Positions 1 to 10,723 of a DNA stretch of 64,000 nucleotides are shown piece after piece. How positions within the stretch are numbered: position 1 is the first letter of the stretch; every line of letters starts with the position of its first letter. The position numbers and the translations under genes are program-made. This DNA comes from an uncultured Acidobacteriota bacterium (lineage in GTDB: Bacteria; Acidobacteriota; Thermoanaerobaculia; UBA5066; Gp7-AA6), in the NCBI GenBank assembly GCA_963782585.1, contig CAWAKL010000006.1, positions 15,982 to 79,981 of the forward strand, given 5' to 3'. Below the pieces are notes generated by a model. It ran no database searches. It worked only from the letters and a program-made list of their open reading frames with translations, and was not told where the DNA came from.

Positions 1-210
1 GGCCTCCTCGAAGGCCGGGCAGATGACGACCGGGTCCGCGTCCGGGAAGAGAAACAGGGCCGTCAGGCGTTCGCTCCGGTGGAAGTCGATGCCGGTCAGG
101 TAGTAAAGGTTCGAGGAAGGCGTGGCATAGAGTCCGTCGGCCGGAACCGAGCGCAGGCGCTCGCGGACGGTCTCGAGGCGCCGGAGATAGATTTCACGGG
201 GAGTCGGCAT
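1..210 (-). CDS. Xaa-Pro peptidase (M24) family protein, N-terminal part (runs off window)
   Basis: Manual translation MPTPREIYLRRLETVRERL...PSSNLYYLTGIDFHRSERLTAL...CPAFEE resembles the creatinase/prolidase N-domain. Not in the ORF track. Confidence 0.75.
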   Translation of the reverse strand, partial: MPTPREIYLRRLETVRERLRSVPADGLYATPSSNLYYLTGIDFHRSERLTALFLFPDADPVVICPAFEEA

Positions 211-2419
211 GGGGCGGATGCTAGCAGAGTCGAAAGCGCGTCGAGCGCGGGCAACGGGCCTCGCGGCGGCCGCGCTGCTGTTCTCCGCGCTGCCGTCCTG
301 CCGGAAAGACGACGGCCTCGTCTCCCGCGGCGCGCCGATCGTTCTCATCTCGGTCGATACGCTGCGGGCCGACCACCTTCCGGCCTACGGATACCGGGGC
401 GTGGAGACCCCGAGCCTCGATGCCCTGCGGAAGGATGCGGTCCTCTTCGAGAACGCCTACGCCCACGTGCCGCTGACGTTGCCCTCGCACGCGGCGATGT
501 TCACCGGGCTTCTGCCCCCGCAAAACGGCGTGCGCGACAACCTGGGGTACGCGCTCTCGAGCGGTCCGCCGACCCTCGCGTCGTACCTGAAGGAGAAGGG
601 CTACGAGACGGGCGGGGCGGTGTCCTCGATCGTGCTTTCGCACGTCACCGGAGTCGGGCGGGGATTCGACTTCTACGAGGACACCGTCGAGCCGGATCGC
701 GTCAGCCAGACGCTCTCGCGGGTCCAGCGCCGCGGCGACGAGACCACGGCCCTGCTGTCCGACTGGATCGGCCCCCGCGCCGACCGGCCGTTTCTCGCGT
801 TTCTTCACCTCTTCGAGCCCCACACTCCCTACGAGCCTCCGGAGCCCTACGCCAGCCGGTACAAGCTGGCCTACGACGGAGAGATCGCGCGCGCCGACGA
901 GATCGTCGGCGGATTTCTCCGGTACCTCAAGGACCAGGGCATCTACGACCGCGCGCTCATCCTCTTTCTCTCGGATCACGGCGAAGGGCTGAATGACCAC
1001 GGCGAGGACGAGCACGGCGTCCTGCTCTACCGCGAAGCGATCCACGTCCCGCTTCTGGTCAAGTTCCCGAAGTCGCGGCGGGCGGGGGAATCCGTCGCCG
1101 AAGCGGTCGCGCTGACGGACGTCTTCCCGACCGTGGCGGAGATCGCGGGCCTTCCCGTTCCGCCGGGCCTCTCCGGGCGGTCTCTCACTACGGTGCTTCC
1201 GGGAAATCCGAATCGCTCTGCCGAGCCGCGGCGGATCTACGGCGAGACGCTCTACCCGAGGCTCCACCTGGGCTGGAGCGACCTCGCCTCGCTGATCGAC
1301 GCGAAGAACCACTACATCGAGTCTCCCCGTCCCGAGCTTTTTGACCTCGTCGCCGACCCGGGCGAGAAGAACGACCTGTCCGCCGGGCTTCCTCCGGCCT
1401 TCCGCTCGATGCGCGCCGAGCTCGCCCGCCTGCCGAGGCCGCTCCAGGCGCCGGGAAGCTCGGATCCGGAGCAGGTCAAGAAGCTCGCCGCGCTCGGCTA
1501 CATCAGCGCATCCGCGACGGATCTCGCGGCCAAGGACCTGCCCGCGCCGCGCGACCGGATCGCCTCCGTTCAGAAGCTCAAGGCCGGCTTCGGCGCGCTC
1601 CTGGCGGGCCGTTACGCCGACGCCGCGAAGGGATTCGCCGCCCTTCTCGAGGAAGAGCCCGGGATGACGGACGTCTGGCAGATGTACTCCGAGGCGCTGA
1701 TGAAGCTCGGCCGCGAGAAGGAAGCGCTCGCGGCGCTCCAGACGGCGGCGAAGCTCTCGCCGGGCAGTCCGCAGGTCATGATGGCGCTCTCGGAGTACTT
1801 CATGGAGACCGGCGATTACGCCGAGGCGCGCCGGCACGCCGAGGCAATCGGCGACGCGGGCACAGCGAGCCCCCACGAGAACCTGGCCCGGATCGCTCTC
1901 GCCGAGGGCGACCTCGCCGCAGCGGAGAAGGAGGCACGGGCGGCGCTCGAGCGTTACCCCTCGCGCCGCGTGCCGCGACAGATCCTCGGAAAGGTCCTGC
2001 GCGACCGCGGCGACTATTCGGGCGCCCTCGTGGAGCTGGACCTTGCGGCGCAGCCCCGCGCCGGCGAGACCGCCGTGCCCCTGCAGAACCTGCAGTTTCT
2101 GCGCGGCGACTGCCTGGCCCGCCTCGGCCGCTTGAGGGAATCCGAGGCGGCGTTCCAGGAAGAGATCCGTGTCTTTCCCGGCAACCCCGCCCCGCGGGCC
2201 GCGCTCGCGATGCTCTACGCGAGCCAGGGGCGGGAGGCCGAGGCGCGTCAGGCGCTGTCGGACCTCGTCGTGCAGCTCAAGACGCCCGAGGCCTACTTCA
2301 CCGCCAGCCGCACCTACGAGGTGCTGGGCGATGCCGCGAGCGCGGGTCAGCTGCGCGCGGAAGCCCGGCGCCTGTTTCCCGACGCGAAAGACCGGGCCAG
2401 GGCGGGCGCGGCGGGCTGA
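209..2419 (+). CDS. Sulfatase-like hydrolase with C-terminal TPR repeats, probable lipoprotein
   Basis: ISVDTLRADH, PLTLPSH, FLHLFEPH, SDHGE and LAALGY motifs; TPR-like helices; lipobox-like ALPSC. Exact start uncertain. Confidence 0.85.
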   Translation: MGRMLAESKARRARATGLAAAALLFSALPSCRKDDGLVSRGAPIVLISVDTLRADHLPAYGYRGVETPSLDALRKDAVLFENAYAHVPLTLPSHAAMFTGLLPPQNGVRDNLGYALSSGPPTLASYLKEKGYETGGAVSSIVLSHVTGVGRGFDFYEDTVEPDRVSQTLSRVQRRGDETTALLSDWIGPRADRPFLAFLHLFEPHTPYEPPEPYASRYKLAYDGEIARADEIVGGFLRYLKDQGIYDRALILFLSDHGEGLNDHGEDEHGVLLYREAIHVPLLVKFPKSRRAGESVAEAVALTDVFPTVAEIAGLPVPPGLSGRSLTTVLPGNPNRSAEPRRIYGETLYPRLHLGWSDLASLIDAKNHYIESPRPELFDLVADPGEKNDLSAGLPPAFRSMRAELARLPRPLQAPGSSDPEQVKKLAALGYISASATDLAAKDLPAPRDRIASVQKLKAGFGALLAGRYADAAKGFAALLEEEPGMTDVWQMYSEALMKLGREKEALAALQTAAKLSPGSPQVMMALSEYFMETGDYAEARRHAEAIGDAGTASPHENLARIALAEGDLAAAEKEARAALERYPSRRVPRQILGKVLRDRGDYSGALVELDLAAQPRAGETAVPLQNLQFLRGDCLARLGRLRESEAAFQEEIRVFPGNPAPRAALAMLYASQGREAEARQALSDLVVQLKTPEAYFTASRTYEVLGDAASAGQLRAEARRLFPDAKDRARAGAAG

Positions 2420-2442
2420 GCGCCGCCGGCCGGGGACGCCGT

Positions 2443-3970
2443 CTACCCTCGGAGGTTTTTTCCCGTCATCTCCGCCGGCGTCTCGATTCGCTGGAGGCCG
2501 AGAAGTGTCGCCGCGACGTCGGCGAGCGTGCCGGCGGAGGCGAGCGAGGGGCCCGGGGCGCAGACGACGAGCGGCACGGGGTTCATCGTGTGGGCCGTGT
2601 GGGGCTCGCCGGTTTCGGGATCGATCATCTGCTCGGCGTTGCCGTGGTCGGACGTCATGACGAGGACCGCCCCGGCCTCGCGGCAGGCGGCCTCGAGGAT
2701 CCCGAAGCAGCGATCGAGGGTCTCGATCGCCTCGATCGTCTCGGGCAGCTTGCCCGTATGCCCGACCATGTCGGCGTTCGCGAAGTTGACTACGCAGGCC
2801 CCGAAGCGGCGCGAGGCGAGGGCACGGACGGCTTCCTCCGTGATCTCCGCCGCGCTCATCTGCGGGTGGAGGTCGTAGGTGGCGCCTTTCCAGGACGGGA
2901 CGAGGATCCGTTCCTCGCCGGGATAGGCCGCCTCCACGCCGCCGTTGAAGAAGTACGTGACGTGGGCGTACTTCTCGGTCTCCGCGAGGCGGAGATTCGC
3001 GATTCCCGCGCCGGCCCAGACGTCCGCGAGGATGTGGGCGGGGTTCTGAGGCGGAAACGCGGCGGCCAGCCCGAACTCCTTCTTGTATTCCGTGAACCCG
3101 ACGAAGGCGATCCGCGGCGGCTTGGGTCGCGGAAAGTCCGAGAAGGATTCCTCGGTCATCGCGCGGGTGAGCTGGCGGGCCCGGTCGGCGCGAAAGTTGA
3201 AGAAGACCACGGCGTCGCCGTCGCGGATCGGGCCGGCCGGCTCGCCCTTCTCCTGGATGACCGTCGGCTGAATGAACTCGTCCGACTCGCCGCGCGCGTA
3301 GGCGGCGTCGACGGCCTCCGCGGCGCTCCCGGCCTGGAGGCCGGACGAAAAGACCAGGGCCTGGTAGGCGCGCGCCACGCGGTCCCACCGTTTGTCGCGG
3401 TCCATGGCGTAGTAGCGGCCCGAGACCGTGGCGATCCGGCCGCCCGACCCGGCGAGGGCGCTCTTCGAGCCGCCGGAGGTACGTGCGCGCGGACTTCGGC
3501 GGTGTATCGCGTCCGTCGGTGAACGCGTGGACCCGGACCCGGGACACGCCCTGCTTCGCGGCGAGCTCGAGCAGGCCGAAGAGGTGTCGCTCGTGCGAGT
3601 GCACGCCGCCGTCGGAGAGCAGGCCCATCAGGTGCAGCGTCGCGCCACGGCGCCTGGCGGCCGCGCATGCCGCGAGGAGCCCCGCGTTGTCTAAGAAGGA
3701 GCCGTCGCGCAGAGCCAGGTCGATGCGGAGCAGGTCCTGCGGCACCATGCGGCCGGCGCCGAGGGTCAAGTGTCCGACCTCGGAGTTGCCCATGACTCCG
3801 GCCGGAAGCCCCACGGCTTCGCCGGACGCCTCGAGCAGCGTCCACGGGTATTCCGCCAGCCAGCGGTCGAAGATGGGCGTGCGCGCGAGCGCGATGGCGT
3901 TGCCCGGCGACGGGGGCGCGTGCCCCCAGCCGTCGCAGATCAGGAGGAAGACCGGCGTCGCTTTTTTCAA
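2443..3970 (-). CDS. gpmI: 2,3-bisphosphoglycerate-independent phosphoglycerate mutase (one frameshift near 3457)
   Basis: DGWG, MGNSEVGH, DGGVHSH and DGRDT in one frame; YYAMDRD, NFRADR, ETEKYAHVT, DMVGH and SDHGN in the next. An extra G lies in the GGG run at 3456-3458. Confidence 0.95.
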
Positions 3971-5205
3971 GCGCGCGGCGCAGGTCGGGTCGGAGAGGCG
4001 AGAGGGGCGGCGCGGCGGTGCGGACGCGGAAGGCGGCGCTCCAGATCCGACAACACGTGCATCACGGCGATGTAGGCCTCATAGGGGGACTCGTAGGGCG
4101 AGAAGTACGCGTGGACCTCGTCGTCGGCGGAGGACTTGGTCGCCATGTAGTAGAAGTGATCGGACGTCGTGAGACGCCGGAAGTCGGATCGCAGCTCCGG
4201 CGAACCCGCGGCGCGGACCCGACCCTCGAGCGCGAACAGCCGCTTCAGCGCGTCCCGCTGCAGGTCGTTGCCCTGCCAGGCGGAGAGGTCCCGGGCCTCG
4301 TCGGCCCACGAGATCGTCCGAGGCGCCGAAAGCAGGTCGCGGTGGGGAAGCCGTTCGATGGCCGCGGACGGCGTCAGGAACTCGGCCCCGCGGTGCGCGA
4401 GGTGCTTGTCGACCCAGGCCTCGAAGAATTCGAAGATCCCGGTCTCCTGCCACTGGTGCTCGCCGAACGTCTCGAAGTCCATGAAGAGCGAGACGACCTC
4501 GCCCTCGGAGCGCGAGACCCAGCGGTCGTACTTCTCGGCCGTCAACGGCCATTCGGGCCACGACCGGTTCGAGAAGCGGAACGCGATGTCGTCCGACAGG
4601 CGGAAATCGCGCAGGAGGAGGGGGAGGCCTCCCGGCGTCGAGGCGCGGTAGACGTGGCGCGGCGAGCGGGGGCCCGTCAGAGGCTCGACTCCGTCGGCGA
4701 GAACGCCGCGGAAGCCCTTCTCCTCGAGAAAGCCGGCCAGCGCGTCGGAGTAGATGAGCTCGGTGTTGCGGAAGACCGTCGGCTCGCGGCCGAACGCCTC
4801 GGCGACGGCCGCCCGGTGGAGCTCGACCTGCTCGGCGAACTCCTCCCTCGAGGCGAGCCACGCGAGCGAGTGGTGCGAGGTCTCGGCCAGGAACTCGACG
4901 CGGCCATCCGGGCCCGGGGCCGCGGCGAGGCGCCGGAACGCGTCGAGGGTGTCCGGTGACCACGTCGCGAGCTGCTCGAGCAGACACCCCGAGATCGAGA
5001 ACGCGACGGCGAAGCGCGGGTGGCGCTGGAGCAGCCGGGCGAGCATCGCCGTCGCCGGCCGGTAGGAGCGTTCGCAGACTCTCAGGAGCAGGTCGCGATT
5101 GACGGCCTCGTCGAAGTAACGATGCTCTCGCCCGACGTCGAAGTAGTTGTATCGACGCAGGCGCCACGGCTGATGGACCTGGAAGTAGAGACAGACCGGA
5201 ATCAT
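3967..5205 (-). CDS. Glycoside hydrolase family 57 (alpha-amylase-like)
   Basis: FQVHQP, ETxHHSL, FRNTELIY, MDFETFGEHQW and TTSDHFYYM motifs. Confidence 0.92.
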   Translation of the reverse strand: MIPVCLYFQVHQPWRLRRYNYFDVGREHRYFDEAVNRDLLLRVCERSYRPATAMLARLLQRHPRFAVAFSISGCLLEQLATWSPDTLDAFRRLAAAPGPDGRVEFLAETSHHSLAWLASREEFAEQVELHRAAVAEAFGREPTVFRNTELIYSDALAGFLEEKGFRGVLADGVEPLTGPRSPRHVYRASTPGGLPLLLRDFRLSDDIAFRFSNRSWPEWPLTAEKYDRWVSRSEGEVVSLFMDFETFGEHQWQETGIFEFFEAWVDKHLAHRGAEFLTPSAAIERLPHRDLLSAPRTISWADEARDLSAWQGNDLQRDALKRLFALEGRVRAAGSPELRSDFRRLTTSDHFYYMATKSSADDEVHAYFSPYESPYEAYIAVMHVLSDLERRLPRPHRRAAPLASPTRPAPRA

Positions 5206-5215
5206 CGCGCGGGCC

Positions 5216-6472
5216 TCATTCTCCCACCAATTCCCGATACACGGTCAGGCAGCGCCACGCCGATTCGCGCCACGAGAGCCTTTCCACGTCCGCGCGGCCG
5301 CGCAGCGAGAGCGCGTGCCGCAGGGGCGGGAAGAGGAGCACGGAGAGGATCTTCGATGCGAGGTCTTCGACGTCGCCGAAGCGGACGCGGAGCACGTTTT
5401 TGACGACCTCCGAGACGCCCGCGGAGCGCGACACGATGACCGGCGTGCCGTGCTGGAGCGCCTCGAGCGCCGTCAAGCCGAAGGGCTCGGAGACGGAGGG
5501 CATGACGTAGACGTCGGCGCGCGCGTAGAGCCGGTCGAGCTCGTCGGGAGGCAGGAAGCCGGTGAAGAGGAAACGTTCCTCGAGGCCGCGGGCGGCGACC
5601 CGCTGCATCATCGCCTGCATCCGATCGCCGGAGCCCGCGACGGCGAACTTGACGTCGGGCATCTCGGCCGAAACGCGCTCGGCCGCGTCGACGAAGTAGT
5701 CGGGCCCCTTCTGCCACGTGATCCTTCCGGCGAAGAGGACGAGCGGGTCGGTTTCGGCGACCGTCCAGCGGGCGGCCGGTTCCCGGAGATCGATGGCGTT
5801 GTGAACGACCCGCAGCTTCTCGCGCGGCACGCCGTAGCGCGACGCGAGAACGTCGGCCGTGTAGGACGACACCGCGACGACCCGGTCGGCCGCTGCGGCG
5901 CCGGCGCGCTCGATCGCGGTCACGAAGCCGTTCTCGCCGCCCGAGCGGTCGAACTCGGTGGCGTGGACGTGGAGGACCAGGGGCTTTCCGGTCGCGCGCT
6001 TGGCCCGCATGCCGGCCATGAACGTCATCCAGTCGTGGGCGTGGATCACGTCGAACGACTCGCGAGCCGCGATGTGCGCCGCTTCCTCGGCGAAGCGCAG
6101 GACCTCGGCGTGCAGGTCCGGGCCATAGATCACGGGCGCGGGCGCCTCCGTGTCCGGCGCCGTGAGCGTCTCGATCTCCTCCTCGTAGGTCTCCTCGGTC
6201 AGGTACGGCCGAAGCAACGTGCGCACGCGCCGAAGCTTCAGCAGGACCCGGCGCTCCCGCCGCGTGCGGGGACGCTCGGTCGCAGAGGCGCGGGCCGCGA
6301 TTCCGGCATCGAGGATGCGCAGGGCCGGGGTCGAGGACCGGGCGGGCCGTGGCAGGACGAGCACGATCTCGGTCGACAGCTCGAGGAGCCCCTTCACGAG
6401 GCCCTCGCACGCCACTCCCAGCCCCCCGGAAACGTAGGGCGGGAACTCCCAGCCAAACATGAGGACCTTCAT
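5216..6472 (-). CDS. GT4 glycosyltransferase (alpha-glucan/glycogen synthase-like)
   Basis: MKVLMFGWEFPP..SGGLG, HAHDW, HATEFDRSG and PSVSEPFG motifs. Confidence 0.92.
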   Translation of the reverse strand: MKVLMFGWEFPPYVSGGLGVACEGLVKGLLELSTEIVLVLPRPARSSTPALRILDAGIAARASATERPRTRRERRVLLKLRRVRTLLRPYLTEETYEEEIETLTAPDTEAPAPVIYGPDLHAEVLRFAEEAAHIAARESFDVIHAHDWMTFMAGMRAKRATGKPLVLHVHATEFDRSGGENGFVTAIERAGAAAADRVVAVSSYTADVLASRYGVPREKLRVVHNAIDLREPAARWTVAETDPLVLFAGRITWQKGPDYFVDAAERVSAEMPDVKFAVAGSGDRMQAMMQRVAARGLEERFLFTGFLPPDELDRLYARADVYVMPSVSEPFGLTALEALQHGTPVIVSRSAGVSEVVKNVLRVRFGDVEDLASKILSVLLFPPLRHALSLRGRADVERLSWRESAWRCLTVYRELVGE

Positions 6473-6480
6473 GGGGGAAA

Positions 6481-6581
6481 GTCGAGGGTTCAAGGGTTGA
6501 GGGTTCAGGGTGGATCGCCTCGTGTCCGCTACCCCATTTTCGACACTCCTCGCTCAACTCTCAACGACTTCAACGCTCGAC
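6481..6581. repeat. Imperfect inverted repeat built from ~7-nt tandem units
   Basis: GTCGAGGGTTCAAGGGTTGAGGGTTCAG (6481-6508) is the approximate reverse complement of CTCAACTCTCAACGACTTCAACGCTCGAC (6553-6581). Confidence 0.7.
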
Positions 6582-6585
6582 TCTT

Positions 6586-8571
6586 TCATTCCCCTCCCCG
6601 CATGTGCGTGTACAGCACGCGCGCGATCTCGCCGACGCTCCAGGCCTGCGCGAAGCAGCCCCGGGGCGCATGGGGAGGATCGCCGTCGAACATCTCCGAA
6701 ATGAAGCCCAGACCGGCCTCGCGGACGTGGGCGCGCAGCGGCGCGAGCATGGCCCGCATGGTCTTGCGGGACTCTTCCGTGTTGTCGAACACGCGGAAGT
6801 GCGCGTCGGCGAAGGCACCCATGAGCCAGGGATGCACCGTTCCCTGGTGCATCGCCGAGAGGCGCGACCGCTCGTCGCCCTCGCAGCGTCCCCGATAGCG
6901 AGGATCCTCGGGGTCCAGCGTCCGCAGCCCGAACGGGGTCAGCAGGCTCCGCCGCACCGCCCAGTAGACGGAGCGCGCGCGGTGAGGCGGAAGCAGGTCC
7001 TCCGTCAGCGCCACGGCCAGAATCTGGTTCGGCCTCAGGCTCGCGTCCGGGCCGAAGTCGCCAACGACGTCGTAGAGGCAACCCTTCTCGGCGTTCCAGA
7101 ACGTTTCGTTGAAGCGGCGGGCGACGTGCCATGCCTCGGACTCGAGCTCGCGCGCGTGCCCGTTTTCCCCGGCCAGGCGCTCGATGCGAGCCGCGCTCTT
7201 CAGGGCCGCGTGCCAGAGCGCGTTCACCTCGACCGCGCGGCCCTCGCGGGGGGTCACGGGCTGGTTGTCGAGGACGGCGTCCATCCACGTCAAGGCGCGC
7301 CCGGGCGCGTCCCCCGAAAGCAGCCCGTCCGCTCCGATGCCGATCGAAAACCGTGTCCCCCGGCGGTAGGCCTGGAGGATGGCGCGCACGGCGCCGAGAA
7401 GGGGCGAGGGCCGGCCCGGGTTGCGCCGGGCGCGGCTGAACCACTCGACGGCGAGGATGAACCAGAGCGCCGAGTCGATCGAGTCGTATTCGGGCTCGCC
7501 GACCTCGCCGGAGAAGTGGCCCGGGATCAGGCCGTCCCGGCGCTGCGACGCGAACGTGTTCAGGACCTGCGCGAGCGGGCCGATGCGGCCGTGGGCGAGG
7601 GCGAGGCCCGGCGCGGCGACCATCGCCTGCCGGCCCCAGTCCGAGAGCCACGGAAAGCCCGCGAGAATCGTGCTTCGGTTGCGGTCCGCCGCGACGAAGG
7701 CCTCGGCGCGGCTCGCCATCTCGTCGAAGACCGGATCGGACGTCGACGCAAACTCGCGCCGCCGACGCCGCTCGGAGTCGAAGAGGTGGTCGGGGTCGCC
7801 GGCGACCTCTTCGAGGGAGAAGAGGGCGAAGACCTGGGCGTCGGGCCGCAGCGTCCACTCCCACTCGATGGGACTCCAGAGATCCTCTTCACAGTCGTAG
7901 CCGCGCGCCGCTTCCTCCGCGTACCGGAAGTTGCGATACCAGGCAGGATCGACGCGCGTCGTGCCGAACACCCCCCGCATGAACAGACGCGGCAGGTACG
8001 GGAGCGGCTTGACCCAGGAGGTCTCGCCGCGAACCTCGGGCGTCGCATCCCAGTCGCTGGACTCCTTCTGGAGGCGGTGCGCGCCGCGGAAGGCCAGCAG
8101 CGGCCGGACGCGCAGGTGGACCTCGGCGGCTCCCCGGTTCGTCCAGCGGACCACCGTCATGGAGCGGTCGCGGACGACGCACAGCGAGCGCTCGATCGAA
8201 AGCTCGGCGGATTCGTGGAGCCAGGTCGGAAAAGGCTCGAGGCGGAACCGCGAGGCAGTCGCCGCGCCGTCGCCGGCGGTCGCGTCGCGGTAGACCTGTG
8301 TGGAGAGGCTCGTGGTCCGGCCCCGGACCGTCGCGAACTCGTCGCAGCCCGAGACCATCATCCAGCGCCGGCGGGGCGGCGGGATCGCCGGGACGTACCA
8401 GCCGTGGTAGCGGCGCGTCCGCGCGCCCAGCGCCGTGCCGCACGCGAATCCGCCGAGGCCGTCGGCCTCGAGCCACTCGAGGGTGAGTCCGCGGCCCCGC
8501 AGATCCTCGGCGGACCATTCGAGGGGCTTGCGGGCGCTGCGGGCGGCGGCGACGGATTCGTCGGTCTTCAC
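6586..8571 (-). CDS. Glycogen debranching enzyme (amylo-alpha-1,6-glucosidase)
   Basis: [47 protein letters not shown] and AQAWS motifs. Confidence 0.92.
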   Translation of the reverse strand: MKTDESVAAARSARKPLEWSAEDLRGRGLTLEWLEADGLGGFACGTALGARTRRYHGWYVPAIPPPRRRWMMVSGCDEFATVRGRTTSLSTQVYRDATAGDGAATASRFRLEPFPTWLHESAELSIERSLCVVRDRSMTVVRWTNRGAAEVHLRVRPLLAFRGAHRLQKESSDWDATPEVRGETSWVKPLPYLPRLFMRGVFGTTRVDPAWYRNFRYAEEAARGYDCEEDLWSPIEWEWTLRPDAQVFALFSLEEVAGDPDHLFDSERRRRREFASTSDPVFDEMASRAEAFVAADRNRSTILAGFPWLSDWGRQAMVAAPGLALAHGRIGPLAQVLNTFASQRRDGLIPGHFSGEVGEPEYDSIDSALWFILAVEWFSRARRNPGRPSPLLGAVRAILQAYRRGTRFSIGIGADGLLSGDAPGRALTWMDAVLDNQPVTPREGRAVEVNALWHAALKSAARIERLAGENGHARELESEAWHVARRFNETFWNAEKGCLYDVVGDFGPDASLRPNQILAVALTEDLLPPHRARSVYWAVRRSLLTPFGLRTLDPEDPRYRGRCEGDERSRLSAMHQGTVHPWLMGAFADAHFRVFDNTEESRKTMRAMLAPLRAHVREAGLGFISEMFDGDPPHAPRGCFAQAWSVGEIARVLYTHMRGGE

Positions 8572-8698
8572 GGCAGGTCGCGGGGGGCCTTTCGGGGCGA
8601 TTGTGTATCACACCGCGCCGGCGGAGGCGCGTCGAGGCGACCCGCGCTTCTCCCGCTCTTCACGCGAGCGCGTAATAAGATCCGGCGAGGAGGCACGA

Positions 8699-10723
8699 TT
8701 GACGACCGCTCAGAAGTCACTCGACGAACTCTCGATCGACACGATCCGAACGCTCTCGATCGACGCCGTCCAGAAGGCCAACTCGGGCCACCCCGGTCTT
8801 CCGCTCGGTGCGGCGCCCATGGCCTACGTCCTCTGGCAGCGGCACCTTCGGCACAACCCGCGAGCCCCGCACTGGCCCGACCGGGACCGCTTCGTTCTCT
8901 CGGCGGGCCACGGCTGCGCGCTGCTCTACAGCCTGCTGTACCTGACGGGCTACGACCTCACGCTCGATGATCTCAAGGCCTTCCGCCAGTGGGGGAGCAA
9001 AACGCCCGGACATCCCGAGGTTCACCTGACGCCCGGCGTCGAGGCGACGACGGGTCCGCTCGGGCAGGGCACCGCGAACGCCGTCGGCATGGCCATGGCC
9101 GAGCGCTGGCTCGCCCATCGCTTCAATCGTCCCGGCCACGAGATCGTCGACCACCGCACGTTCTGTCTCGTGGGCGACGGGGACCTGATGGAGGGGATCT
9201 CCTCCGAGGCGGGCTCGCTCGCCGGGCATCTGAAGCTCGGCAAGCTCGTCTATCTCTACGACGACAACCACGTCACGCTCGACGGCCCGGCGAAACAGAG
9301 CTTCACCGAGGACGTCCTGGCGCGGTACGCGGCGTACGGCTGGCAGGTCCTGCGCGTCGAGAACGGAAACACCGATCTCGACGGGATCGACCGGGCCATC
9401 CAGACGGCCGTCGGACAGCAGGAGCGGCCCACGATCATCGCCATCCGGACGACGATCGGCTACGGCTCGCCGCACAAGGCCGGCACGAGCGCCGCGCACG
9501 GCAGCCCTCTCGGCCCCGACGAGCTCGCTCTCACGAAGAAGGCGCTCGGGTGGGAGTGGACGGACGCATTCCACGTGCCGGAGGACGCTCTCCGGCAATT
9601 CCGCACGGCGGTCGAGAAGGGCGTGAAGGCGGAAGCCGAGTGGGAGCGGCGTTTCGAGGCCTACGCGAAGGCGTTCCCCGATCTCGCGGAAGTGTGGCGC
9701 GAGGAACGCAAGGGGGCGCTTCCGCCCGGCTGGGATTCCGATCTGCCGAAGTGGAAGACGGGCGAGTCGCTCGCGACGCGGGTCGCCTCGGGCAAGGCGA
9801 TCAACGCGATCGCGAAGAAGGTTCCGTGGCTTCTGGGCGGCGACGCGGATCTTTCGGAGTCGACGAAGACGAAGATCGAGGGCGACGCCGAGTTCGACGG
9901 CCAGACCGGCGAGGGCAACAACATCCACTACGGCGTCCGCGAGCACGCCATGGCCGCGATCGCGAACGGGATGGCGTACCACGGGGGCGTCCGGCCCTTC
10001 GTCGCGACCTTCTTCTGCTTCTCCGACTACATGCGGCCGTCGGTCCGTCTCGCGGCCCTCAACCATCTCTCGACCATCTTCGTCTGGACGCACGACTCGA
10101 TCGGCCTCGGCGAAGACGGCCCGACGCACCAGGCCGTCGAGCACATCATGTCGTTGCGCGCGATGCCGCACTTCTCGATCCTCCGGCCGGGCGACGCGAA
10201 CGAAACGGCCGAGGCCTGGCGAGCGGCCATGGAGCATCGGGAGGGCGCCGTCGGCCTCGTGCTCTGCCGCCAGAACGTGCCCGTGCTCGACCGTTCGGGG
10301 GCGAAGGGCGACGTGTCGCGCGGCGCCTACGTCCTCGCCGAGGCCTCGGGAGGAAAGCCGCGCGTGATCCTGATCGGGACCGGCTCGGAGCTCCAGCTCG
10401 CGGTCGGCGGCCGCCAGAAGCTCGAGGCCGAAGGCATCCCGACGCGCGTCGTCTCGATGCCCTGCTGGGAGTTCTTCGACAAGCAGCCGCGCGAGTACCG
10501 CGACGAGGTCCTGCCGCCGTCGGTCCGGGCGCGCCTCTCGATCGAGGCCGGGGTCACGCTCGGCTGGCAGAAGTACGTGGGTGACAAGGGCGGTTCCATC
10601 GGAGTCGACCGCTACGGCGCCTCCGCGCCGGGCGAGGTGGTCATGCGCGAGTATGGCTTCACGGTCGACCATGTCGTGGATTTCGCCCGAGGCTTGCTCC
10701 GAAAGGAAGGAGGAGAGTCATGA
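8699..10723 (+). CDS. tkt: Transketolase
   Basis: [32 protein letters not shown] and [15 protein letters not shown] motifs; TTG start after GAGGAGG. Confidence 0.97.
   Translation: MTTAQKSLDELSIDTIRTLSIDAVQKANSGHPGLPLGAAPMAYVLWQRHLRHNPRAPHWPDRDRFVLSAGHGCALLYSLLYLTGYDLTLDDLKAFRQWGSKTPGHPEVHLTPGVEATTGPLGQGTANAVGMAMAERWLAHRFNRPGHEIVDHRTFCLVGDGDLMEGISSEAGSLAGHLKLGKLVYLYDDNHVTLDGPAKQSFTEDVLARYAAYGWQVLRVENGNTDLDGIDRAIQTAVGQQERPTIIAIRTTIGYGSPHKAGTSAAHGSPLGPDELALTKKALGWEWTDAFHVPEDALRQFRTAVEKGVKAEAEWERRFEAYAKAFPDLAEVWREERKGALPPGWDSDLPKWKTGESLATRVASGKAINAIAKKVPWLLGGDADLSESTKTKIEGDAEFDGQTGEGNNIHYGVREHAMAAIANGMAYHGGVRPFVATFFCFSDYMRPSVRLAALNHLSTIFVWTHDSIGLGEDGPTHQAVEHIMSLRAMPHFSILRPGDANETAEAWRAAMEHREGAVGLVLCRQNVPVLDRSGAKGDVSRGAYVLAEASGGKPRVILIGTGSELQLAVGGRQKLEAEGIPTRVVSMPCWEFFDKQPREYRDEVLPPSVRARLSIEAGVTLGWQKYVGDKGGSIGVDRYGASAPGEVVMREYGFTVDHVVDFARGLLRKEGGES

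Noticed and set aside
3450-3460. Programmed frameshifting or pseudogenisation of gpmI, nuoB and korA
   Set aside because: Isolated 1-nt indels with no slippery heptamer, in otherwise intact housekeeping genes, fit sequencing error better.
221-3970. Very long ORFs (1249 aa here; also 16486-19788, 10581-13355, 45308-47602, 52989-55151) that look like novel fusions
   Set aside because: They arise from frameshifts or from stop-poor antisense and alternate frames in high-GC DNA; each resolves into ordinary genes.
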